Positions 18,458 to 26,400 of a stretch of 33,840 nt of DNA are shown here, piece by piece (position 1 is the first letter of the stretch; each line of letters starts with the position of its first letter). The translations under genes were made by a program, and so were the position numbers. This stretch comes from an uncultured Clostridia bacterium. GTDB lineage: Bacteria > Bacillota > Clostridia > Christensenellales > UBA1242. The notes beneath the pieces were generated by a model. It had not been told where the DNA came from and searched no databases. It saw only the letters and a program-made list of their open reading frames with translations. The DNA lies in contig CALWTP010000074.1 of NCBI GenBank assembly GCA_944384495.1, positions 1 to 33,840 of the forward strand, written 5' to 3'.

Positions 18458-18568
18458 GACGGGTGGCAGTCGAAATTCCCAAAAACTTTTTGGGAATTTT
18501 TTTGTATCACGAGCGAACCCGCCCGTGATACAACAGCTCGCTTGGCGAGCTAGACTGCCACCGCGGTC
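18458..18568 (+). other. GC-rich four-stem structured element (the trxA terminator hairpin nested inside a closing stem)
   Basis: P1: 18462-18471 GGTGGCAGTC pairs with 18553-18562 GACTGCCACC, plus GAC/GTC. P2: 18473-18484/18488-18499, followed by a T-run. P3: 18504-18511/18524-18531. P4: 18535-18541/18545-18551. Confidence 0.5.
18473..18503 (+). terminator. Intrinsic terminator of trxA
   Basis: The 12-bp stem AAATTCCCAAAA/TTTTGGGAATTT has loop ACT and is followed by TTTT. Confidence 0.75.
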
Positions 18569-18643
18569 ATCTATTTTTATTCTTACATATTAAAAAAACA
18601 CAAAATCATACAAATTAAAGTTGTTTTTATTACACTTTACATA

Positions 18644-18672
18644 TTGACTTTAAAATGTTTTAGTGATAAAAT
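18644..18672 (+). promoter_or_regulatory. Promoter of the nifS operon
   Basis: TTGACT at 18644-18649, a 17-nt spacer, then TGATAAAAT with the -10 at 18667-18672. Confidence 0.55.
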
Positions 18673-18692
18673 TTAGGTAAAGGAGTGCAAAA

Positions 18693-19865
18693 ATGAAAAA
18701 AGTATATCTTGATAGTGCTGCTACAACCTTTGTATCAAGCGAAGTGCTTGCAGAAATGCTTCCATGTTTTAATACGATTTATGGAAACAGCAACTCTATT
18801 CACAGCTTTGGAAGAGAGGCAGATGCAATCGTTGACAGAGCAAGAGATCGTATTGCAAACGCAATAAATGCAAGCAAGAGCAATGAAATATATTTTACTT
18901 CAGGTGGTACTGAGGCGGACAACTGGGCAATAAAAGGTATTGCTCATGCATATTCAAACAAAGGAAAACATATCATCACAAGTGCAATTGAGCACCATGC
19001 TGTTTTAGACAGTTGCAAACAACTTGAACAAGAGGGATTTGAAGTGACATATCTTCCAGTTGACAGACATGGGCTTATCAATATTGTTGAGCTTCTTCAC
19101 TCAATCAGAAAGGATACAACATTGATTTCAATCATTGCAGTCAACAATGAAGTTGGAACAATTCAAAATATAAAAGCAATCGCAAAAATTGCACATGACT
19201 ATGGTGTGATCTTCCATACAGACGCAGTATCGGCAATTGGAAGTGTAAAACTCGATGTGCAGGATATGGAGATTGATGCCCTGACAATTTCGGGACATAA
19301 GCTTTATGGTCCAAAAGGAATAGGATGCCTTTACTTAAAAAATGGCATAAGGATTGAGCCTCTTATCGTTGGCGGAAGCCAAGAGCGAGAAAAAAGAGGA
19401 GGAACGGTCAACGTTCCAGCTGTTGCCGGACTTGGCAAGGCGGTCGAGATTGCTGTAAGAGATTTATATATCAATCAACAAAAACTCAAGAGTATTCGAG
19501 ATTATTTTATTCGCTCAATCAGTGAAAAAATTGAATTTGTACAGGTGAATGGTCATCCTCAACAAAAGGTAAACTCAATAGTCAATATGTCATTTGAAAT
19601 GGTGGACAACGAATCACTTTTAATGCTTCTTGACATGGAAGGAGTGGCTGTGTCTATAGCTTCCGCTTGTACCTCTGGTTCAAATGAACAGTCGCATGTT
19701 TTAAAAGCTATGGGACTTGAAAATAATGCCATTCATTCATCCATCCGATTCTCTTTCGGAAAAAACATTAGCAAAGCAGATATAGATTATGCAGTAGAGG
19801 CAATTGCAAAATCTGTTGAAAGATTGCGTTCTATCTCAGCATTAACAAAAGCAGGAAGGAGGTAA
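18693..19865 (+). CDS. nifS: Cysteine desulfurase (NifS/IscS type, class I)
   Basis: PLP-lysine motif SGHKLYGPKGIG and catalytic-loop cysteine SACTSGSNEQSHVL are both intact. Confidence 0.9.
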   Translation: MKKVYLDSAATTFVSSEVLAEMLPCFNTIYGNSNSIHSFGREADAIVDRARDRIANAINASKSNEIYFTSGGTEADNWAIKGIAHAYSNKGKHIITSAIEHHAVLDSCKQLEQEGFEVTYLPVDRHGLINIVELLHSIRKDTTLISIIAVNNEVGTIQNIKAIAKIAHDYGVIFHTDAVSAIGSVKLDVQDMEIDALTISGHKLYGPKGIGCLYLKNGIRIEPLIVGGSQEREKRGGTVNVPAVAGLGKAVEIAVRDLYINQQKLKSIRDYFIRSISEKIEFVQVNGHPQQKVNSIVNMSFEMVDNESLLMLLDMEGVAVSIASACTSGSNEQSHVLKAMGLENNAIHSSIRFSFGKNISKADIDYAVEAIAKSVERLRSISALTKAGRR

Positions 19866-19867
19866 TT

Positions 19868-20263
19868 ATGTACAGCAACAGGATTTTAGAAAGATTTGCA
19901 TCACCAAAATTTGCAGGTGCACTTCGAGGTTGTAATGGAAGCGGAAAAGCAGAAGATGAAAAGGGTGGAGATGTTATCAAGTTATACATGCTCATCGATG
20001 ACAATTCAATCATATCAAATTGCAAATTCAAAGCTTTTGGCGGAGTCAGCACTATAGTTGCTTGTGATATAGCTTGCCAAATGTTGATAGGCAAAACCCT
20101 TGAGGAAGGCCTTTCCATTTCAAACCTTGATATTTTGGAGGAAATGGGCGAAATCCCACAAGATCGAGAATATGTTGCCTTGCTTGTTGAAGAGGCGATC
20201 AAAAATGCTATAGAGGATTATTACAAACGAAAGGAAAGAGAGGCCAAGAAGGCAATAAATTAA
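19868..20263 (+). CDS. IscU/NifU-N-like protein lacking the canonical cluster-ligand cysteines
   Basis: Aligns along its full length by eye to IscU (MYS..I...F..P...G, GGDVIKLY, KFKAFGGVST, IGKTLEE, EEAIKNAIEDY). The three conserved Cys positions instead read KGGD, FGGV and EYVA. Confidence 0.8.
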   Translation: MYSNRILERFASPKFAGALRGCNGSGKAEDEKGGDVIKLYMLIDDNSIISNCKFKAFGGVSTIVACDIACQMLIGKTLEEGLSISNLDILEEMGEIPQDREYVALLVEEAIKNAIEDYYKRKEREAKKAIN

Positions 20264-20271
20264 GGTGTAAC

Positions 20272-20565
20272 TTGCAAAGATTAGATAAATTTTATATGAT
20301 AGGCGAAAAATTTATAGAAAAACGATTGCAAAGAGCATGGAAAAAAGATGTTGATAAGCTTTGTGCAACTGAAAAAGGAATACGAGTGCTTGAATGCTTT
20401 CAAAATATCTTAGAGCTTTGTGCAGATGGCTGTTTTTCTGAAATTAAAGAGATTTACGATCAAAATCAAGATATTGTTTGTGATTTTGAAGCATTGCTTT
20501 ATAAATACAATTTTGGAGTGGAACAAATTCGACAGTTTGCCACGGATGAAGAAAATCAGTTATAA
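20272..20565 (+). CDS. Hypothetical small Cys-containing protein (97 aa)
   Basis: TTG start 4 nt after AAGGTG, with an alternative ATG at codon 9. It has five Cys and I recognise no motif. It lies 9 nt after the iscU-like stop, so it is probably co-transcribed. Confidence 0.5.
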   Translation: MQRLDKFYMIGEKFIEKRLQRAWKKDVDKLCATEKGIRVLECFQNILELCADGCFSEIKEIYDQNQDIVCDFEALLYKYNFGVEQIRQFATDEENQL

Positions 20566-20572
20566 ATATTTT

Positions 20573-20619
20573 AAAATGCTTAATGACCGAAGTTTTGCAA
20601 CGGCTATTGAGCATTTTTT
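20573..20619 (+). terminator. Probable intrinsic terminator of the nifS operon
   Basis: AAAATGCTTAAT pairs with ATTGAGCATTTT (one mismatch, large loop), followed by a T-run. Confidence 0.45.
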
Positions 20620-20781
20620 ATTTGTGTTCCTTGCTTAAAACAGCAGGGATTTAAAGAATAGTGCTAAGTTAAGCCCATGTAAATGATTGCATTTATGAAT
20701 AGCGTATTATTATGTCATAGATAAAATAACTTATGTATAATTTTGATCGTATTGAGAATACTAAACTCAAGGAGGAGAACG

Positions 20782-21006
20782 ATGAAAGATGTAATGATGC
20801 TTCTTGGATTTAGTATTGGGCTTTTGACCGGCGCACTTTTGTATAAATATTCCCAAAATGCAAAAGAGATGATTGATCAAGGGGAGAAAAAAGTGATGAG
20901 CAAAGTTGATAAAATGGCGACCCAGACTGAAAAGGCCATAAATAAGGCTGAGAAAAAGATAAAGCAAGGGGCTGAAAAGATAGAGAAAAAAATAAAGTCT
21001 CAGTGA
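20782..21006 (+). CDS. YtxH-like small membrane-anchored protein
   Basis: Start at the ATG at 20782 after AGGAGG. An N-terminal TM helix (MMLLGFSIGLLTGALLY) is followed by a Lys/Glu-rich helix. Confidence 0.65.
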   Translation: MKDVMMLLGFSIGLLTGALLYKYSQNAKEMIDQGEKKVMSKVDKMATQTEKAINKAEKKIKQGAEKIEKKIKSQ

Positions 21007-21063
21007 TGGATTAGCAAAATATGAAAAAATTGCATTTTAGTCACAAAATAAAATTGCCATAGA

Positions 21064-21137
21064 AAAAAAGACACTTTAATTTGAGAGCACCACAAAAGTC
21101 TGACACTTTGGTGTTTCACATAATTAAAGTGTTTTTT
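21064..21137. terminator. Long bidirectional terminator hairpin
   Basis: AAAAAAGACACTTTAATT pairs with AATTAAAGTGTTTTTT, with an inner CACC..GGTG stem. It lies between convergent genes. Confidence 0.55.
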
Positions 21138-21215
21138 GAAAAATCCAATTTTCAGATTAAATTTGCCAATATTTGACCAAAAAACTATAAATTCAATCGA
21201 TTTAATGAATTATTT

Positions 21216-21323
21216 TTATTTTTTATCTGGTTTTTTGTCAATATTGATATAATTGTTGTCAAAAAAATCCTCGATAAGTTTGATAAGTTCTTCTTTTAAT
21301 TTTTCATTTTTATTTTTTTCCAT
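21216..21323 (-). CDS. Small hypothetical protein (35 aa) with its own consensus promoter
   Basis: Minus strand reads TTGACT-17-TAGAAT (complement of 21345-21373), then AAGGAG-N6-ATG and MEKNKNEKLKEELIKLIEDFFDNNYINIDKKPDKK. It is below the ORF-track cutoff. Confidence 0.4.
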   Translation of the reverse strand: MEKNKNEKLKEELIKLIEDFFDNNYINIDKKPDKK

Positions 21324-21593
21324 TTTAAACTCCTTTTTATTTTCATTCTAAAACAAAATAGAAATCAAGTCAAATAAAACAAGAAATTTTAACTTGAATA
21401 TAGCTGTTCCGTTAAGCGATCTTCATTTTATTCAAATTGTTTATAAGATGACAAAATTTTGCTTTTTGCAGACTTTAAATTATCGAAAAAGCACTAAAAC
21501 AATTTAATTTCGCACTTTTTATAGTGTTTACATAAAAAATTATTTAAATGTTACATTGAAAACTAAATAATGCATGAATATCGATAAAATTAT

Positions 21594-21625
21594 AAAAAAA
21601 GACAAATACAATACTGCATTTGTCG
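21594..21625 (-). terminator. Intrinsic terminator downstream of the SRP RNA
   Basis: Minus strand reads GACAAAT-gcagtattgt-ATTTGTC, followed by TTTTTTT. Confidence 0.6.
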
Positions 21626-21689
21626 TATAAATTCAGAAATATCTTTCTGTTTATTTTTAAAATACCGAGAACTTGTTTTGATAAGATTT

Positions 21690-21935
21690 CACCAACTGCC
21701 TCAAAAAGCCAAAACTCCACCAAAGCTACCTCATGGCACACTGAAGTGTCTCCTTAATGATGCTGCCGTCAGGCTCTGACATGGTTCAGAGATTTCAATT
21801 GCATAAGACCTTGATTTCATCGCCTTGACTTTTCACACATATTTGACAAAATCAAACCGCAACCAAGCGTTCAATCCCACTATAGCGGATTGTCGGTTAC
21901 AGAGCACCGCTAACTCTCCATCTATCTCGGCAGTT
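21690..21935 (-). ncRNA. ffs: Signal recognition particle RNA, long (Bacillus-type, with Alu-like 5' domain)
   Basis: The minus strand contains the domain IV core CCAUGUCAGAGCC-UGAC-GGCAGCAUC (complement of 21759-21780). This is colinear with E. coli 4.5S CCAGGUCAGGUCC-GGAA-GGAAGCAGC. The 5' AACUGCC pairs with the 3' GGCAGUU (21694-21700). The 5' region GCGGUGCUCUGUAACC resembles the Alu-domain GGUG...UGUAAC motif. The locus is GC-rich relative to its surroundings. End coordinates are approximate. Confidence 0.7.
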
Positions 21936-21938
21936 ATA

Positions 21939-21967
21939 TTTATACCACAAAAAAATCTTTTTTGCAA
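21939..21967 (-). promoter_or_regulatory. Promoter of the SRP RNA gene
   Basis: Minus strand reads TTGCAA (21962-21967), a 17-nt spacer, then TGGTATAAA with the -10 at the complement of 21939-21944. The predicted TSS falls at the start of the terminal stem. Confidence 0.55.
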
Positions 21968-22086
21968 GTAAAAGTTTCAACAATACCAAAACTATTAGCA
22001 GAATATTATAAATAAAATAAGATAAATCATGTAAAATATTATCGTTTTTTGGGAAAATATGTTATCATAAGATAAGATTTAAAACT

Positions 22087-22833
22087 ATGGAGATGAAAAT
22101 GTCAGAAAAAACACAGAAATCAAATGCAAGAAGATTTTTGGAGGCTTACAACAATATTGATTATGCACTAAAAACTCGTTATAACTTTAGCCGGGCGACA
22201 GGTTTTTCCGATCTCATTCGTAAAGTCGTATCAATAAATTATGTTGTTCGCAAATATCAAGATGAACTTATTGATTATGGCAGGCTTAGGAATGCAATCA
22301 TTCACAACAATCATGAAGATTTTATAATTGCCGAGCCTCATATTGAAGTGGTACAAAACATTGAACATATTGAAAAACTGCTGACAACTCCTCCTAAAGC
22401 GGTGGAAACGGTGGGAAAAAGAAAGGTATTGACGATCAATTCTGGCAAAAGCATGAGAGAGGTTATCATGCTTATGGCATCGTCTAATTTTAGCAATATT
22501 CCGGTATACAATCAGCAAAATGAGCTTATTGGAGTGGCAAATGGGCAAAAAATATTGAATTCGTTGGGACAATATTTAATCACGGGCGGAAAATGCTCCA
22601 CATTTTTGGATAATGTCCAAATTGAGGACATGCTCTCAAGCCTAAACGATACGACATATTATGTTGTCAAGCCATCTTCATGTACAGTGGAGGAAGCTTT
22701 ATCTGAATTTGATAAAAATCATAAGTTGCTGGCAATACTTTTCACCAAAAATGGCAATAAAAGTGAACTTCCTATTGGCATCATGACAGGAGCAAACGTC
22801 GTTGAGGCACAAAAGATTTTGGAAGATTATTGA
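22087..22833 (+). CDS. HEPN-like (Rx4H) N-terminal domain fused to a CBS-pair (Bateman) module
   Basis: The N-terminal ~95 aa are helical and end in GRLRNAIIHN, which fits the HEPN Rx4-6H motif. The C-terminus has two CBS repeats (VLTINSGKSMREVIMLMASSNFSNIPVY and YVVKPSSCTVEEALSEFDKNHKLLAILF). The likely start is the third ATG at 22099, after GGAG. Confidence 0.75.
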   Translation: MEMKMSEKTQKSNARRFLEAYNNIDYALKTRYNFSRATGFSDLIRKVVSINYVVRKYQDELIDYGRLRNAIIHNNHEDFIIAEPHIEVVQNIEHIEKLLTTPPKAVETVGKRKVLTINSGKSMREVIMLMASSNFSNIPVYNQQNELIGVANGQKILNSLGQYLITGGKCSTFLDNVQIEDMLSSLNDTTYYVVKPSSCTVEEALSEFDKNHKLLAILFTKNGNKSELPIGIMTGANVVEAQKILEDY

Positions 22834-22950
22834 TAGAGGTTATGATAAATTCCTATGCTTGATGATTTGATTAGCTTATTATGAAAATCATCTAAAATTT
22901 TTATAAAACATTCAGCCATATCGACAAATTAGCTATAAAAAAAACAATGA

Positions 22951-23048
22951 TTTTTTAATTTTATATCAGTTTTTAAATTTTATATCAGCTTTTAATTTTG
23001 TATTAGTTTTTATGTTTTATATGAGATTTTAATTTTATTTTTATCACG
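22951..23048. repeat. Five degenerate tandem repeats of about 19 bp (consensus TTTTAATTTTATATCAG)
   Basis: Units begin at about 22951, 22971, 22990, 23007 and 23026, immediately upstream of the ileS promoter. Confidence 0.65.
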
Positions 23049-23102
23049 ATATTATATATAAAAAATTGATTTGCTATAAAAAATTTCAATTCTGAATTTT
23101 GC

Positions 23103-23131
23103 TTGACAATAGTTTTTTAAAAATATATAAT
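23103..23131 (+). promoter_or_regulatory. Promoter of the T-box/ileS operon
   Basis: TTGACA at 23103-23108, a 17-nt spacer, then TATAAT at 23126-23131. Confidence 0.65.
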
Positions 23132-23134
23132 GGA

Positions 23135-23395
23135 GTAGATTATAAAGGCGTTTGATAAAAGACAGGATTTTTAGATGATTTCTCAAAGAGAGTTGCTGGT
23201 TGGTGAAAAGCAATAGAATAGTTTAAAAATTATCACTTTTAAAGCTGTGACCGTGAAAATCTTTACATTGCGATGGATCAGTAATGGTTTGCCGGGACTT
23301 CCCGTTATAGAAGAGGTGGGTGATGGCCTGCTCAAAGTTGACAAGTGGTTTATAAAGCCTTGGAAGGCTCTTGTGGCTTATTCCAGGCTTTTTTG
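23135..23395 (+). promoter_or_regulatory. T-box leader (Ile specifier AUC)
   Basis: AG-box AGAGAG (23187-23192), distal-loop motif GGTTGGTGAAAAG, and a candidate specifier AUC followed by A (23232-23235). The T-box/antiterminator segment AAGTGGTTTATAAAGCC carries UGGU, which would pair with tRNA ACCA. A terminator AAGCCTTGGAA/TTCCAGGCTT plus T-run lies at 23355-23395. Confidence 0.8.
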
Positions 23396-23413
23396 TTTAG
23401 AGGAGGAATTTTT

Positions 23414-26400
23414 ATGAAAAAAGAACCAGCTTTACCTAATTTTGTCGAAATTGAACATGGAATGCTAAAGTTTTGGAAGGAAAACGATTGTTTCCATAAG
23501 CTCGTCAAAAAGAATGAGGGGCATGAGCGTTTTAAATTTTTAGATGGCCCTGCGACTGCAAACAACAGGCTTGGTGTGCATCACTTTTGGGGACGAACAC
23601 TTAAAGATCTTACCATAAGATATAACGCACTCAAAGGCAAGGACTGTATGTACCAAAATGGTTTCGATGGTCAGGGATTATGGGTTGAGGTCAATGTGGA
23701 GAAAGAACTTGGGCTGAACGGCAAACCTGAAATTGTTGGCTATGGCATTGATAAATTTACAAATAAGTGTATGGAGAGGGTCAACTATTTTGCCAATGAG
23801 ATCACAAATCAAAGCATCAGAATGGGGCAGTGGATGGACTGGGACAACAGTTATTACACAAATTCTGACCACAACATACTTTCAATTTGGCATTTTTTGA
23901 AAGAGTGTGACCGTCATGGATGGATTATAAGAAAAAACAGACCGATGGCATGGTGTCCTCGTTGTGGAACAAGCCTGTCAGAGCATGAGATGTCATCCTC
24001 ATATCATGAAGTTGAACATACTGCTCTATTTATCAAACTGCCAGTCAAGGGAAAAGACTTCAAAATAGTCGCATGGACAACGACTCCATGGACATTGACT
24101 GCGAATGTGGCATTGGCGGTACATCCTGACCTTGACTATGCACTGGTAGATTTTCATGGTGAAAAGCTTTTGCTTGGAAAGGATAGGCTCAATATTTTAA
24201 AGGAAGATGTTCAAATTTTGCAAGAATTTAAGGGGCGTGAGCTTGTGGGGCTTGTCTATGAGACTTGTTTTCCAGAGCTTCAGGAGCAAAATTTTGAGCA
24301 TAAAGTTGTGGCATGGGATCTTGTAGACAACGTTGAGGGAAGCTGTGTTGTCCATATTGCACCGGGCTGTGGAGTTGAAGACTTTGAGCTTGGACAAACT
24401 CTGTCGCTACCTCAAATTTGTCCAATCAATGAACAGGGTGTCATGCTTGACAGCTGTGGATTTTTGGCGGGCAAGAGTGCAAGCGATGTTGCAAGCCTAG
24501 TGTCACAAAGACTTAAAGAAGACGGAAAATTGTTATATGCTCACCGTTATAAACATAGTTATCCATATTGCTGGAGATGTAAAACCGACCTTGTGTATAA
24601 ATTGATAAGCGGATGGTTTATCAAGATGGACGACATTCGTCCAATGGCACTTAAGGCAATTGAGGATGTCGAATTTAAACCTGCCTATGCAAAAAAACGA
24701 ATGGCAGACTGGCTGACAAATATGGGCGACTGGAATATTTCACGAAGCAGGTTTTATGGCTTGCCTTTACCATTCTATGTATGCAACAAGTGCGGAAAAG
24801 TCCATGTAATTGGCAGTAAAGATGAATTAAAACAAAGAGCAGTTGATCCTTCTCTTGTTGACAAGCTTCCAAATATTCACAAGCCATGGATTGACGAGAT
24901 AAAAATCAAATGTGACTGCGGAGAGGAAATTTCGAGAATAAGCGATGTCGGAGATGTCTGGCTGGACGCAGGAATTACTCCATTTAGCACGAAAAAATAT
25001 TTTACAGACAAAAAATTCTTCAAAGAAAACTTCCCTTCAGACTATGTCTGCGAGATGATTGAACAGATCAAGCTTTGGTTCTATTCTCTGCTTATCATGA
25101 GTGTGGTGCTCACTGGTAAAGCTCCATATAAAAAGGTTGTCACATATCAATATGTAAAAGATGAACATGGTGGCGAATTCCATAAGAGTGGAGGCAATTC
25201 TCTCGAGGCTGATCATGTGGCAGACAAGGTGGGAGCAGATGTTGTGAGATATCTCTTCTCTTCTTCTCCACCATCAAGTGATATGCGATTTGGCTTCTCT
25301 TTAACTGATGAGGCAAGACGAAAACTGCTCGCTTTTTGGAGTATATACACATTCTTTAACACCTATGCTTGTATCGATAATCCGGCTCTTGATGATTTCG
25401 TAGTTGATGAGAGCTTGCTCACATATTCAGATCAGTGGATACTTGAAAGTGTCAATCGTTTTATCGAAAACAGTGACAAAAATTACAGCGATGATAAAAG
25501 CTATGCAGTAGTTCATGATTTTGAAAAACTTGTAGATGATATTTCTAATTTCTATATAAGAAGCAATAGAAAGAGATTTTGGAAGAGCGAAAATAAAGAC
25601 GACCAAATGACAGCTTATTATTGTCTTTATTATGCAATCAAAAATATTGCACGTGTTATGACACCTATCACTCCTTTCTTATGTGAGTATATTTGGCAAA
25701 ATCTTGTTCGTCAGATCGAAAAAAATGCGCCAATTTGTATTATGCTTAGTGGTTATCCTAAAGCCGAAGAAAAGAGGTTCGATCAAATCATTGAACAGGT
25801 CAGTCTTGCACGTGAGATCATCTCATCAGCATCAAGACTTCGAAATGAAAATCAAATCAAAGTGAAACAACCTTTAAAAAAAATGTTTGTCGGTGGTGAT
25901 GAAAAAATTGAGGATGTATTAGATAAACTTGGCGACCTTATCAAAGAAGAATTAAACATAAAAGAGCTTGTCACCATTCAAGATGACAGCATATTTAATG
26001 ACGAATATCTGACTGTGAATTTCAAAAAAGCAGGAGCAATTTTGAAAGGGGAAGTGCAGAAAGTTAAAAACTTGCTTGCGACACTTTCAGATGATGAAAT
26101 GGCTGGATGTGTTCGTGAATATAAACAGGGAAAAGTCAATATAAAAGAATTTAAAGATTTTGACAGTGACTTATTCAACCTCGAGAAGAAGCCAAAGAGC
26201 GAATTTGTGATTTCGCATGAAAATGGAATAACTGTTGTGCTTGATATAACTCTTGACCAAAAACTTGTGGAAGAAGGGTATTATAGGGAATTTGTAAGAG
26301 GACTGCAAGTGCTTCGAAAGGAGGCTGATTTCAGGGTTGACGAGCGCATTTTTGCCTGCTTTAACACCGCTGACGAGACCATGAAAAAACTTATAAAAGA

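Noticed and set aside
19831-20202. 123-aa minus-strand ORF
   Set aside because: It lies antisense to the iscU-like gene, whose plus-strand frame aligns along its full length to IscU.
20420-20638. 72-aa plus-strand ORF in an alternative frame
   Set aside because: It overlaps the 3' half of the 97-aa ORF and reads through the predicted terminator. It has no SD.
21544-21741. 65-aa minus-strand ORF
   Set aside because: It overlaps the 3' part of the SRP RNA and its terminator. The SRP domain IV motif explains the sequence conservation and GC content better.
22951-23048. Possible CRISPR array
   Set aside because: The repeats are only about 17-19 bp, are degenerate and sit directly adjacent with no spacers. 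No cas genes are present in the window.
23040-23075. XerCD dif-like site (xerC is absent next to hslV, so I looked for AT-rich dif-like palindromes)
   Set aside because: The sequence around GATATTATATATAAAAAATTG does not match the Firmicute dif consensus arms that I remember. It is just AT-rich.
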